64,000 bases of DNA from Candidatus Kryptoniota bacterium (GCA_046706745.1 JBJKPC010000054.1:15759-79758); one strand, 5' to 3'; shown: positions 19,818 to 29,322, counted from the stretch's first letter. Numbers and translations: made by a program. Notes: a model not told the origin generated them from the letters alone.

Positions 19818-20417
19818 TCAATCTTCGCTCGTCAGCTTGTGTATTAAATTTTCAAAAACCGATGCAGGCCTGTAACCGACAAACGACGCACGGACTTTCC
19901 CGTGCTTGTCGATAACGAATGTGGTAGGTATTGCGTTGATACCGCCGTAGTCGGCCACCACCTGGTTGTTTCCGAGCATGATCGGATAGTTAATCCCGTA
20001 CTCCTTCATAAATGGCTTCACGGCCGACATCCCCGCCTGATCCAGCGAAACGCCGAGCATCTGGAAGCCATCGCCCTTGTACTTCGAGTACAGTTTTATG
20101 AAATCCGGTATCTCAGCCTTGCACGGCGGACACCATGTCGCCCAGAAATCCAGCACCACAACCTTGCCTCTGAAGTCCGAAAGCTTGATTGTCTTCCCCT
20201 CGGTAGACGTAAGCGAGAAGTTCGGTGCCATTTCACCGTTGCCGGGGGCTTCCATCGCTGCATTCTCGGCCGGCACCTGCTGTGCCTGCGCTGTGGCCAC
20301 ACCGTCATTCTGCGACCTGCTCATGTAAACGGCTCCCACAATGAGGAGCACCGCAGCAATAACGATGTAGTGAATATTCTTCTCAAGAAAACTCTTTTGT
20401 TTCGCCTTGCGAGTCAT
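19818..20417 (-). CDS. TlpA/ResA-like thiol-disulfide oxidoreductase (membrane-anchored)
   Basis: N-terminal TM (IHYIVIAAVLLIVGAVYM); 'VVLDFWATWCPPCKAEIPDF'. Confidence 0.8.
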   Translation of the reverse strand: MTRKAKQKSFLEKNIHYIVIAAVLLIVGAVYMSRSQNDGVATAQAQQVPAENAAMEAPGNGEMAPNFSLTSTEGKTIKLSDFRGKVVVLDFWATWCPPCKAEIPDFIKLYSKYKGDGFQMLGVSLDQAGMSAVKPFMKEYGINYPIMLGNNQVVADYGGINAIPTTFVIDKHGKVRASFVGYRPASVFENLIHKLTSED

Positions 20418-20629
20418 ATCACTTCACCTCGTCTGTTGTTTTGTTTTACTTTTTTGCCCCATCCGGATCGCCGCCGGGAGAAGCATTACCGAAATTTTCT
20501 GTGGACGGACTAGAAAAGGCTCCGATTGAAAACTTCTTAGCACGCCTCTTTCGTCATGCCCAATGGCATCTATTTCCGCTGGCGGAATCAGTTCAATCCG
20601 CATGCTTAGGCCTGCCATTTTGAGACCCG

Positions 20630-21019
20630 TCATACCAAATACTTCCGAAGCTTGTCTTCCTGCTTTGCCCCGATAAGAAATTCGACTATTTCATTTCCTT
20701 TCGTGACTACGGTTGTCGGGGTCGCCATCACCCCGAATTTCCTCGCGGTCGCCATGTCGCGCGAAATATCGACTTTCTGAATCTTCAATCCTTCCGAGAT
20801 GAGTCGGTCGATTATTGGAGTCTGGTACTTGCACGCCCTGCACGACGGAGAATAGAAATAAAACATCGCCTTTCCTCCCATCGACATCACATTGCCGAGC
20901 TTGCCCCCGACCGGCTCCACTTTCTTTCCCTTGTTCCTCTTGCCTCGCAGGACCATGAGATACTGCATCCCCATAAACGCTATGAATATTCCGAGAAGTA
21001 TGTATACCAGGAGCAACAT
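20630..21019 (-). CDS. Membrane-anchored thioredoxin-fold protein
   Basis: N-terminal TM (MLLLVYILLGIFIAFMGMQYL), 'FYFYSPSCRACKYQTP' (CxxC), 'GVMATPTTVV' (cis-Pro loop). Confidence 0.7.
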   Translation of the reverse strand: MLLLVYILLGIFIAFMGMQYLMVLRGKRNKGKKVEPVGGKLGNVMSMGGKAMFYFYSPSCRACKYQTPIIDRLISEGLKIQKVDISRDMATARKFGVMATPTTVVTKGNEIVEFLIGAKQEDKLRKYLV

Positions 21020-21022
21020 AAT

Positions 21023-21226
21023 TTAGTCCTTTTCAACCATTCCGAGAGTGAAACCTAGCAGCCCGCCGTACATCGTGCTTATGTAAGGATTACTGGAGAT
21101 CGGACACGTTCCGGTTGCACATCCCACAAAGTGATAATAAGCGTAGCCCGCCGCAGCACCTGCCGCAATGAACAGCGCCCTTGTAATATTCCTCTTCAAA
21201 GCCGGTTTTCTAATTCCCTCTCGCAT
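21023..21226 (-). CDS. 67-aa membrane protein with 'CPI..NP.IST' motif (DUF6132-like, from memory)
   Basis: 'ALFIAAGAAAGYAYYHFVGCATGTCPISSNPYISTMYGGLLGFTLG'. Abuts the methyltransferase gene with no gap (stop codon 21227-21229, start 21226). Confidence 0.6.
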   Translation of the reverse strand: MREGIRKPALKRNITRALFIAAGAAAGYAYYHFVGCATGTCPISSNPYISTMYGGLLGFTLGMVEKD

Positions 21227-21796
21227 CTAAGCTTTCTTCGCGACGACGGCAAAATACCTGGGATTGAGAACAACCGTCTTGACGGCGCGCATTCTACTCC
21301 TTGCAAGAAAATTCCTTACTTCCTTCGTGTCCAATCGCTCCTCCATCGGCGGGCCGGCACGCATCGACTCTTTCCTCCACTCGATCACGAGAAGCGCCGC
21401 ATTTGCTTTCATTATCCTGCGTATCTCTCCGAGAAACTTGACCGGCTCGTTCTCATGGAGAATTGCGCTTGCGATAACGAAATCGACCGAACCGCTCGGG
21501 ACCTTGAACTGGTAACCGTCTCTGGTGTGAAGGAGCACAACGTTGGAAGGGGGCTTTTTCCGCTTAAGGTGAGCCAGCATTTCCTTTGAGGCGTCGACGC
21601 CATAAGCCGGCGCCTCCCTACCGACAATGCGTGCCGCCGGGATCAAGAAGTAACCGGAACCGGAGCCGATATCTGCCACGGTCATCCCCTTTTTTAGACC
21701 GAATCTTTTCAGTGTTGTGGAAGGTGGAAGGATTCTCCTTCTATACGAGGAATCAAGCCTCTTGTGATGCTTTGCTTCGAATCTATGTCCGTGCAT
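21227..21796 (-). CDS. Class I SAM-dependent methyltransferase
   Basis: Motif I 'MTVADIGSGSGYF', 'VVLLHTRD', 'VDFVIASAILHE'. ATG 21796 is preferred (the track start at 21826 is TTG). Confidence 0.75.
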   Translation of the reverse strand: MHGHRFEAKHHKRLDSSYRRRILPPSTTLKRFGLKKGMTVADIGSGSGYFLIPAARIVGREAPAYGVDASKEMLAHLKRKKPPSNVVLLHTRDGYQFKVPSGSVDFVIASAILHENEPVKFLGEIRRIMKANAALLVIEWRKESMRAGPPMEERLDTKEVRNFLARSRMRAVKTVVLNPRYFAVVAKKA

Positions 21797-21986
21797 TTTC
21801 CGTTCTCTTTTTTTCGTACTCTGCAACCATGGCTGCCACCGTCTTGTCGGTCAACGCCATGAGATTGCCGCAATTCTCGCAATTGAAGTAGAACACGCTC
21901 CCGCAGCATGCCATTTGCGGTTTCATCGATGCACCGCATCTTCCACACCTTTGGCTGCGCAACGGATGGTTCTGATCGAAATCCAT
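21783..21986 (-). CDS. Small Cys-rich zinc-ribbon-like protein
   Basis: 67 aa; 'CGRCG...ACCG...NCENCG' gives 4+ Cys in ribbon spacing. The start lies 1 nt after the upstream stop and the end overlaps the methyltransferase start by 14 nt. Confidence 0.45.
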   Translation of the reverse strand: MDFDQNHPLRSQRCGRCGASMKPQMACCGSVFYFNCENCGNLMALTDKTVAAMVAEYEKKRTENART

Positions 21987-21987
21987 T

Positions 21988-22647
21988 TCAGTTGACCGCC
22001 TTCAGGACTTCTTCCACGAAGTACTCCTCCGGCATCGCGCCTTCGAAATGGTGATCCCCTTTCCCCGGGGCTCCCACCGAAACTACAATTCTCGGTACGC
22101 CTCGCACGTCATATTGCATGGCAAGTTCAGGGAACTCGGTTGCCTCGACGGCATCCGCGGTCACCAGATCGCTGGCCATCGCGAACTGGTGCGACAGAGT
22201 AACGGCGTTCGGGCAATATGGGCATGAGGGGGTCACAAAGACCTGGATGTGGACCTGCTTACTTAGTTTGGAAAGCTGCTCAACAGTCTTCGTTGCCAGC
22301 TCGTGATTGTTTGAGCCTACCATACGCACCGCATTCATCAGAGCTACGAACTCGTAGCCCGCGGGCAGGCCGTAATACCGAATCCCATAATCCTTTTTCC
22401 CCATGATAACAATCGCCGGGGCGCGTTTCACTTCGAACTTCTCCGCGAGATCGCCATTGAGATCGATATCGTACTTTTCCAGTTTGACCTTGTCTACTAC
22501 CTGCGAGAACTCTTCCAGTATTGTCTGGACCTCGCCGCAATACTGGCAGTTGGCGCTCCGAGTAAATGCGATTATCCGGACTTCACCTGTGAGCTCGCCT
22601 ACCTGTGCCCTGATCTGTTCCTTATCTGATTCCTGAATGAATGCCAT
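21988..22647 (-). CDS. Two-domain protein disulfide oxidoreductase (glutaredoxin-like PDO type)
   Basis: Two thioredoxin-fold halves, each with CxxC: 'SANCQYCGEV' and 'TPSCPYCPNAV'. This is the architecture known from thermophile PDOs. Confidence 0.75.
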   Translation of the reverse strand: MAFIQESDKEQIRAQVGELTGEVRIIAFTRSANCQYCGEVQTILEEFSQVVDKVKLEKYDIDLNGDLAEKFEVKRAPAIVIMGKKDYGIRYYGLPAGYEFVALMNAVRMVGSNNHELATKTVEQLSKLSKQVHIQVFVTPSCPYCPNAVTLSHQFAMASDLVTADAVEATEFPELAMQYDVRGVPRIVVSVGAPGKGDHHFEGAMPEEYFVEEVLKAVN

Positions 22648-22662
22648 CACACTCCTTACGTC

Positions 22663-23007
22663 CTAGTTCGCCTGCGATCCGTTCAAAACCGTCTTCGTCA
22701 GCTTTTCAACGATTACCTTTTTCGGAACCGCCCCTATGATCCTGTCCACCATTTCCCCACCCTGGAAAAAACCAAGCGTAGGGATGCTGAGGATGTTGTA
22801 CTTAATAGCTATGTCCATATTCTCATCGGTGTTCAGTTTCATGACCTTGATTTTGCCTTCGTATTCCTTGGCAATTTCCTCAACAACGGGGGCAACCATG
22901 CGGCATGGCCCGCACCAGGGCGCCCAGAAGTCAATCAGCACAGGTTCTGTCGATTTGAGGACTTCGTTCTCGAAAGTGCCTGTCGTAGCGTCTTTTATAT
23001 TAGCCAT
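22663..23007 (-). CDS. trxA: Thioredoxin
   Basis: '[22 protein letters not shown]', '[11 protein letters not shown]'. Confidence 0.9.
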   Translation of the reverse strand: MANIKDATTGTFENEVLKSTEPVLIDFWAPWCGPCRMVAPVVEEIAKEYEGKIKVMKLNTDENMDIAIKYNILSIPTLGFFQGGEMVDRIIGAVPKKVIVEKLTKTVLNGSQAN

Positions 23008-23160
23008 CTTGGTATCCTTTCGTTCTGTTTGTTAGATGAAGAAGAACGGAATTGGTTTCGGCTTTCGAGCAGAATTTCGGGAGACATTATTTTGAATAGG
23101 ACAACTTAGCCTCGAATTCCTTCACGGCGATCCGAGGTGCATATTTTCAGGGCCTCGTCG

Positions 23161-24675
23161 CTAGATCTGGGCGGCAATTTGTTTGAAAAACTGCGTCAAA
23201 AGTCTGACTCCCACTCCGGATCCTCCAGATGTCGAATAGTAAGTCGCTTCTTCGAGCATCGCAGTTCCGGCGATATCGAGATGTACCCAGGGATATTCTC
23301 CCACAAATTTCTTCAGGAACAAAGCAGCGGTTATCGCACCTCCCCATTTTCCCCCGACGTTCTTCACGTCGGCAATGTCGCTCTTGATCTGTTTTTCGTA
23401 TTCCTCGTAAATGGGGAGCTGCCAGACTCGCTCGTAGGTCTTTTCTCCCGCGTCTTTCAATTGCGTCATCGCCTCTTCGCTTGTTCCAAACATGCCAGTA
23501 GCATGATGGCCGAGCGCTACGACGCACGCCCCGGTCAACGTAGCAAGGTCAATTATCGCCTTCGGTCGATAGCGCTTTGCGTAGTGCAGGCCGTCCGCCA
23601 GGACCACCCTTCCCTCTGCATCGGTGTTGTCGACCTCGATAGTAATGCCGGACATCGTGGTGACCACATCTCCAGGCTTGTAAGCTCCCCCTCCCGGAAG
23701 ATTCTCGGTGGACGGGGCGATTCCCGCGACATTGACAGGTATCCTAAGCGATGCAAGAGCCTGAATAGTCCCGATCACGGCGGCGGCACCGGACATATCC
23801 ATCTTCATTTCTCCCATCCCTGAGGACGGCTTCAATGAAATGCCGCCGCTGTCGAATGTAATTCCTTTCCCGACTATCGCGTACCAGGTTCTGCTGCGAG
23901 GATTGCCTTTGTATTCCAGCGTTATGAAACGCGGCGGCTTCGCACTGCCGGAGCTGACAGCAAGCAGACCTCCCATATTCAGTCTTCGAATCTGTTTCTC
24001 GTCCAATATTCTGGCAGCGACATGGTATTTTCTCGCCATCTTCAGCGCCGCGCCGGCAAGCACTTCAGGATACACCTCGTTCGCCGGAGCATTACAAAGG
24101 TCTCGCGTCAGATAGACGGCTTCACAGATGAGCTGCGCATCCCGTGCCGCCTTCTTCCCGATAGATGGCTCGACAGATCTGAAGGCGACGGTGATCGAGG
24201 TTACTTTCGACTTCTTCTGATCCAGGGTAAGGTATTTGTCAAACTTGTATCCTCCAAGTATAGCACCCTCAAGCAGCGAATGAACAACTTCGTAATGGCT
24301 CGTTTCTTCGAGGACCGACTCCAGAATACCGATGACAACCGAGGCCGCTTTCGCGGACTGTGCGGCCTTTATACCTGCCGCTGCAGCCCTTCTGAGTCTT
24401 TCGTTGGTCAACTGGGACTCGTCTCCGGCCCCGATAAGAAATACCGCCGCATACCCCGCGACCGAATACACCGTCAGCTGCTCATCTTTGTCACCCGTAA
24501 ACCGGGCTCCAGCAATAGCTCTTTCAAGACTCGACTTGTCTGCAGGAAATCTCGAAACGAGCCTGCAGGGGCCGGAGGACTTCCCCTCGCGCCGAACGTC
24601 CTCCTTAGTAACTACAACCACAAGCGCATCTGCTTTGGCCGTAGTGAAGTCCTTTTGCACAAAGTCAATTTTCAT
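23161..24675 (-). CDS. pepA: Leucyl aminopeptidase (M17)
   Basis: 'VGKGITFDSGGISLKP', 'MKMDMSGAAAV', 'VDNTDAEGRVVLADGL'. Confidence 0.9.
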   Translation of the reverse strand: MKIDFVQKDFTTAKADALVVVVTKEDVRREGKSSGPCRLVSRFPADKSSLERAIAGARFTGDKDEQLTVYSVAGYAAVFLIGAGDESQLTNERLRRAAAAGIKAAQSAKAASVVIGILESVLEETSHYEVVHSLLEGAILGGYKFDKYLTLDQKKSKVTSITVAFRSVEPSIGKKAARDAQLICEAVYLTRDLCNAPANEVYPEVLAGAALKMARKYHVAARILDEKQIRRLNMGGLLAVSSGSAKPPRFITLEYKGNPRSRTWYAIVGKGITFDSGGISLKPSSGMGEMKMDMSGAAAVIGTIQALASLRIPVNVAGIAPSTENLPGGGAYKPGDVVTTMSGITIEVDNTDAEGRVVLADGLHYAKRYRPKAIIDLATLTGACVVALGHHATGMFGTSEEAMTQLKDAGEKTYERVWQLPIYEEYEKQIKSDIADVKNVGGKWGGAITAALFLKKFVGEYPWVHLDIAGTAMLEEATYYSTSGGSGVGVRLLTQFFKQIAAQI

Positions 24676-24713
24676 TTTTCCTCCATTGTCCGAATCAATC
24701 CTCGGAACAGAAT

Positions 24714-25715
24714 TTATTTTGGGAGAATAGTGCCTGCCTCTTCAACAACTTTTCGCACCGCATCGTCAAGCTTTATGCCGGTCAATCTGGCTCCGGATGC
24801 ATTCTTGTGACCGCCGCCGCCATATCTCTTGGCCAGTTCGTTCACAGGTATATCCCCTTTGGATCTGAAACTAATCTTGACTCCATCTTCGAGCTCCAGG
24901 AAGAAGAGCGTCATTATGACCCCTGCAATGGCGCCAGCCTGGTTGACAAAGTTATCGACGTCGTCTGGGACGACTTCGTTCTTGTTCAGCTGTTCGAGAG
25001 TGAGGACAGCACACGAGACCCGACCGTCGTAGGCCAGCTTCACCCCGGAAAGCATCTCGCCGAGCAGCCTGGTCCTACCAATGGAATTCTGCTCGTACAA
25101 ATTATGATAAACATAAAACGGGTCCACCCCCAGGTCGAGCAGAGTTGCGGCGATTCGGTGAGAGTCTCCGTCGGTCCGCGGGAAGCGGAACGACCCGGTG
25201 TCCGTCATTATCGCAGCGTACAGGGCTTCCGCAATTTCCTTATCAAGTATCCCGGCGTCATACGCGGCCAGGCAGCGGTAAACGATCTCTCCGGTGGCGG
25301 GAGAATCGAGGTCAATGAGCTTGTGGTCGACAAATTCCTGTGCTTCCAGGTGGTGGTCTATGATGACTTTCGCGGCCTCGCTTTCCAGAAAATACTTCTC
25401 AAGGCTTCTAAGCCGTCCGGAGTTGTTCATGTCGAGAGCGAACAGCACATCCGCTTCCAGAAGCAGCTTTCCGTCTCTATCGGGATCGAACTTCCTTATC
25501 TCGTTGTGATGATCGAGAAATCTATGGTTTGTCGGGGTTTCGCTGTGGTTAAGAATTGCGGATTGCTTTCCAATCTTATGGAGGAACCTGTTCAAGGCCA
25601 ATTCCGAACCGAGACCGTCGCCATCGGGATTTACGTGCGTGGTCAGCACGAACTTTCTGTTTGAATCAACCAACTCTCTGAATATTCCTGTAAGTTCCCG
25701 ATGCTCCATTAGCAT
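24714..25715 (-). CDS. DHH-family phosphoesterase (NrnA-like oligoribonuclease/pAp phosphatase)
   Basis: 'THVNPDGDGLGSELAL', 'IIDHH', 'IMTDTGSFRF', 'GGGGHKNASGA' (DHHA1). Confidence 0.8.
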   Translation of the reverse strand: MLMEHRELTGIFRELVDSNRKFVLTTHVNPDGDGLGSELALNRFLHKIGKQSAILNHSETPTNHRFLDHHNEIRKFDPDRDGKLLLEADVLFALDMNNSGRLRSLEKYFLESEAAKVIIDHHLEAQEFVDHKLIDLDSPATGEIVYRCLAAYDAGILDKEIAEALYAAIMTDTGSFRFPRTDGDSHRIAATLLDLGVDPFYVYHNLYEQNSIGRTRLLGEMLSGVKLAYDGRVSCAVLTLEQLNKNEVVPDDVDNFVNQAGAIAGVIMTLFFLELEDGVKISFRSKGDIPVNELAKRYGGGGHKNASGARLTGIKLDDAVRKVVEEAGTILPK

Positions 25716-26050
25716 CTCCTCCTGAGTAATAAGAAATAGTTACTGCAATTGAATTGCGGTTCATAAAAATTACGAATGCTGAGCCCCAAAATCTAAGCAA
25801 ATCCTGCAACCCGGGAAGAGAGGCGCCAACCCCGGCATTTCATTGTCGAGCGATCGAGATCCTCCGCAGAACAGACGGCGTTGTTCCCTCACCCTTGTAC
25901 AAGATATACACGGGGTGCAGCCCCGTCTTTCATTTCAGAATCGAGGGGATGCTAATCCCGGGAACTTGAGCGGTGCAGTTTGCTGCCGTTTAGATGCAAA
26001 GTGAACTCGAATGCTCAGGAGGTCGGTCTGTTTTGAGGAGCATAATCTTG

Positions 26051-26082
26051 GAAATGAGAAAGGGCGGCCAACCGACCGCCCT
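26051..26082 (-). terminator. Rho-independent terminator after korB
   Basis: Minus strand: AGGGCGG-TCGGTTGG-CCGCCCT stem followed by TTCTCATTTC, 25 nt after the stop. Confidence 0.7.
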
Positions 26083-26107
26083 TCGTTGTGAATCAAGTTC
26101 ATGTTTA

Positions 26108-27151
26108 CTAGTTGGACGAGACGACCCAGGTATTTCCTGACTTCAAAAGCTTGTCCAGATCGCCATCGCCTCGTTTCTTCTTGACGTCCTCTATCTGTGA
26201 GGTCAGCATCTCCTCGTAGCTCTTCCTTTCGGTAGTGAAGAACACTCCGATGGGCGTTGGGAAACCGGGACGATCGCTGAACGTCGCCAGCATGGTGGCC
26301 ATATCGAAAGACTTCTCGTCATACACAAGAAGGTCATCCATACCGTACTTGCCGTCCTTGAGTGAAACAATTTCAGGCTTGAAGCCGTCGAGACGTATTC
26401 CTTTGTCTCTCTCTTTTCCGAAAACAAGCGGCTTGCCGTCCTCAAGATAGAGAACATTGTCCGGCTTCGTATCTTTCTCGGTGAGAATTAGAAACGCGCC
26501 GTCGTTGAACACGTTGCAGTTCTGGTATATCTCGATAAATGAAGTTCCCTCATGCTTGGCGGCGCGGAGCAGAACCGTCTGAAGATGCTTTGGATCCCTG
26601 TCGAGACAGCGGGCAACAAACGTTCCTTCGGCTCCAAGAGCAAGCTGGACCGGGTTGAACGGATAGTCGATAGTCCCGAACGGTGTCGACTTGGTCTTCT
26701 TGCCGAATTCGGAAGTCGGCGAATACTGTCCTTTCGTCAGGCCATAGATTCGGTTATTGAACATAAGAATTTTCAGGCCGATGTTCCGTCTGAGCGCGTG
26801 TATGAGATGGTTGCCGCCTATCGAGAGAGCATCGCCGTCGCCGGATGCGACCCAGACCGTGAGATCGGGGTTTGCAGCCTTGACGCCGCTTGCAATCGCA
26901 GGCGCACGTCCGTGAATCCCGTGGATTCCGTACGCGTTCATGTAGTATGGAAAACGGCTCGAGCATCCGATGCCCGAAATGAAGACGTGCTTCTCTTTCG
27001 GCGTGTCGAGCTCCGGCAGGATCCTCTGTACTTGTGCCAGGATCGAGTAATCACCGCAACCCGGACACCATCTGACGTCCTGATCGGAGGCAAAATCCTT
27101 GGCAGTATATTTTTTTACCTTCACTTCACCATTTCCGTTTGAGTCAGCCAT
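26108..27151 (-). CDS. korB: 2-oxoacid:ferredoxin oxidoreductase, beta subunit
   Basis: 'WCPGCGDYSIL', 'SGIGCSSRFPYY', 'GDGDALSIGGNH' (TPP-binding). Start ATG shares 1 nt with the korA TAA stop. Confidence 0.9.
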   Translation of the reverse strand: MADSNGNGEVKVKKYTAKDFASDQDVRWCPGCGDYSILAQVQRILPELDTPKEKHVFISGIGCSSRFPYYMNAYGIHGIHGRAPAIASGVKAANPDLTVWVASGDGDALSIGGNHLIHALRRNIGLKILMFNNRIYGLTKGQYSPTSEFGKKTKSTPFGTIDYPFNPVQLALGAEGTFVARCLDRDPKHLQTVLLRAAKHEGTSFIEIYQNCNVFNDGAFLILTEKDTKPDNVLYLEDGKPLVFGKERDKGIRLDGFKPEIVSLKDGKYGMDDLLVYDEKSFDMATMLATFSDRPGFPTPIGVFFTTERKSYEEMLTSQIEDVKKKRGDGDLDKLLKSGNTWVVSSN

Positions 27152-28986
27152 TACTTACTACCTCCTAAAGCATCTTTGATTGCTTCCTCGAGCTCGGCCG
27201 ACCTTATGGGCAGGCCTCTTACCTTATTGTACTGAACCACCGGAATCAGGAACTCGGCCCGCAATAGTCTCGCGAGCTGCCCCAGATTAATTTCCGGTAC
27301 AAATATCGTCTTGAAGTTGCCGAGGACTTCGCCGAGGTTTCTGGGGAACGGATTGAGGTACCGCAAGTGTGCATGCGATATCTTGTAGCCGTTCTTCCGC
27401 ATTCTTTCGACCGTGGACCTGATAGCTCCGAATGTTCCGCCCCAGCTGACAACGAGCAATTCGCCGCTCTGTTCGCCGTGGACTTCCTGAAGGGGGATGT
27501 CCTTTTCTATACCCTTCACCTTCTCGGCTCTGAGGTGTACCATGAAGTCGTGGTTGTCCGGATCATAGCTAACGTTGCCGGTAATGTTCGCTTTCTCGAG
27601 ACCGCCGATCCGGTGTTCAAGGCCGGGCGTGCCGGGCAACGCCCACGGCCGGACGTTGTTTTCGTTCCGCGCGTACGGATGGAAGTTTTCCGGATCCGTC
27701 CTAAACGTGACGGGGATTGGCGGAAGATCTTTCGAGTCGACCACAAGCCATGGTTCGCTGCCGTTCCCGAGATAACCATCGGTCAGCAGGTAGACCGGCG
27801 TCATGTATTTTATCGCAAGTCGCGCTGCTTCGTACGCCATCTGGAAACAGTCCGCCGGTGTGGCCGCCGCGATCACAACTGCAGGGGCTTCACCGTGGCG
27901 CCCATAGGTGACAAACATAAGGTCGGACTGCTCGGTCTTCGTCGGCAGACCGGTCGAAGGACCGCCGCGCTGAACATCCACGATAACAAGCGGAAGCTCA
28001 AGCATTATCGCGAGACTGATCGTCTCCGATTTCAGGGCCGCTCCCGGGCCGCTCGTTCCTGTAACGGCCAAGTTCCCGGCATACGATGCGCCGACAGCTA
28101 CGCCTGCAGCGGCAATTTCGTCTTCAGCTTGAAATGTCTTCACGTTGAAATTCTTGTACCCGGACAGATTGTGAAGGATCTCGCTTGCGGGGGTGATAGG
28201 ATAGCTAGCATAAAACAAAGGAAGATTAGCCTTCTGGGCTGCGGCGACGACGCCGAGGGCCACTGCTTCGTTACCGGTGATGTTTCTGTAAAGGCCGGGC
28301 TTCAATTGCGCCGGCTTTACTTCGAATCTCGCACCGATGGCTTCAGTCGATTCGCCGTAGTAGTAGCCTGCATTCAGCACCTTGGCGTTGGCTTCCGCTA
28401 TCTTCGGCTCCTTTCCGAACTTCTCATGTATCCACGCACTCGTCGGTTCCAAAGGTCTAGAGTACATCCAATACATTAGTCCGAGAGCAAAGAAGTTCTT
28501 ACATCGGACCATCTCTTTCTGAGTCAAACCCATTCCCTGCAGTGCACCGAGCGTGAGATTAGTTATGGGCACCTCGATCAGTTGGTAGTTGTTGAGGGAG
28601 TCGTCCTTCAACGGATTGGCTTCGTATCCCGCAAGACCCAGATTCTTATCGTCGAAAGAATCTATGTTTGCCACAACAACGCCGCCGGGTTTGAGATCTT
28701 TCAAGTGTACTTTCAATGCCGCAGGATTCATAGCTACAAGGACGTCCGGATGGTCGCCCGGCGTAAGTATATCAAGGCTTGAGAAGTGAAGCTGGAAGCT
28801 CGAGACACCGTAGACGGTGCCGGCAGGAGCCCTAATCTCTGCCGGATAATCCGGTAACGTACTCAGGTCGTTGCCGACAAGCGCGGTGGTGTTGGTGAAT
28901 TGCGTACCGGTCAACTGCATGCCGTCTCCAGAATCGCCGGCGAACCGGATCACCACATCATCCAAGGTTTCAATATTCTTGCTCAT
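27151..28986 (-). CDS. korA: 2-oxoacid:ferredoxin oxidoreductase, alpha subunit
   Basis: 611 aa; 'IRFAGDSGDGMQLTG', 'YPITPASEIL', 'TGTSGPGAALKSE'. Confidence 0.9.
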   Translation of the reverse strand: MSKNIETLDDVVIRFAGDSGDGMQLTGTQFTNTTALVGNDLSTLPDYPAEIRAPAGTVYGVSSFQLHFSSLDILTPGDHPDVLVAMNPAALKVHLKDLKPGGVVVANIDSFDDKNLGLAGYEANPLKDDSLNNYQLIEVPITNLTLGALQGMGLTQKEMVRCKNFFALGLMYWMYSRPLEPTSAWIHEKFGKEPKIAEANAKVLNAGYYYGESTEAIGARFEVKPAQLKPGLYRNITGNEAVALGVVAAAQKANLPLFYASYPITPASEILHNLSGYKNFNVKTFQAEDEIAAAGVAVGASYAGNLAVTGTSGPGAALKSETISLAIMLELPLVIVDVQRGGPSTGLPTKTEQSDLMFVTYGRHGEAPAVVIAAATPADCFQMAYEAARLAIKYMTPVYLLTDGYLGNGSEPWLVVDSKDLPPIPVTFRTDPENFHPYARNENNVRPWALPGTPGLEHRIGGLEKANITGNVSYDPDNHDFMVHLRAEKVKGIEKDIPLQEVHGEQSGELLVVSWGGTFGAIRSTVERMRKNGYKISHAHLRYLNPFPRNLGEVLGNFKTIFVPEINLGQLARLLRAEFLIPVVQYNKVRGLPIRSAELEEAIKDALGGSK

Positions 28987-29322
28987 TCATAATCCCTTTG
29001 GTTTATTGCTTTCAAGAAAACTGGCTGAAGAACCAGTACCACTCCGCAAAGTAACCGGAAAGCTCGGTTAAGTTGCCTGTCAGATTCAGAATCCTTGCGA
29101 GAGTCATTGAATTCCCAGACATTCATCAAGCGGCCACATACACTTCCGACGCCGTCATTACTGAAGATGTCCGCACGGGAATTACCAGTCGCCCCCTTAA
29201 AGGTACAGCGACCGTGCGGGGACCTTGTCGCGGAAGAACCTGAAGGACACAAAGCCGGACAAAGGATGCGGTTCCACTCCGAAATGTCGCTGATGTACTG
29301 ACGTTTTCCACAGCTATCTCTT

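Noticed and set aside
27367-28479. Long antisense or alternate-frame ORFs inside well-supported genes: 370 aa in korA, 415 aa at 50406-51653 in lon, 291 aa at 53246-54121 in maeB, 354 aa at 49105-50169 across dnaX/lon, 262 and 285 aa at 24022-25664 in pepA/nrnA, and 269 aa at 60286-61095 across the fibre genes.
   Set aside because: In each case the other strand or frame encodes a recognisable conserved protein. The shadow ORFs are Arg/Ser/Leu-rich with no motifs, which is the typical result of codon bias suppressing antisense stops.
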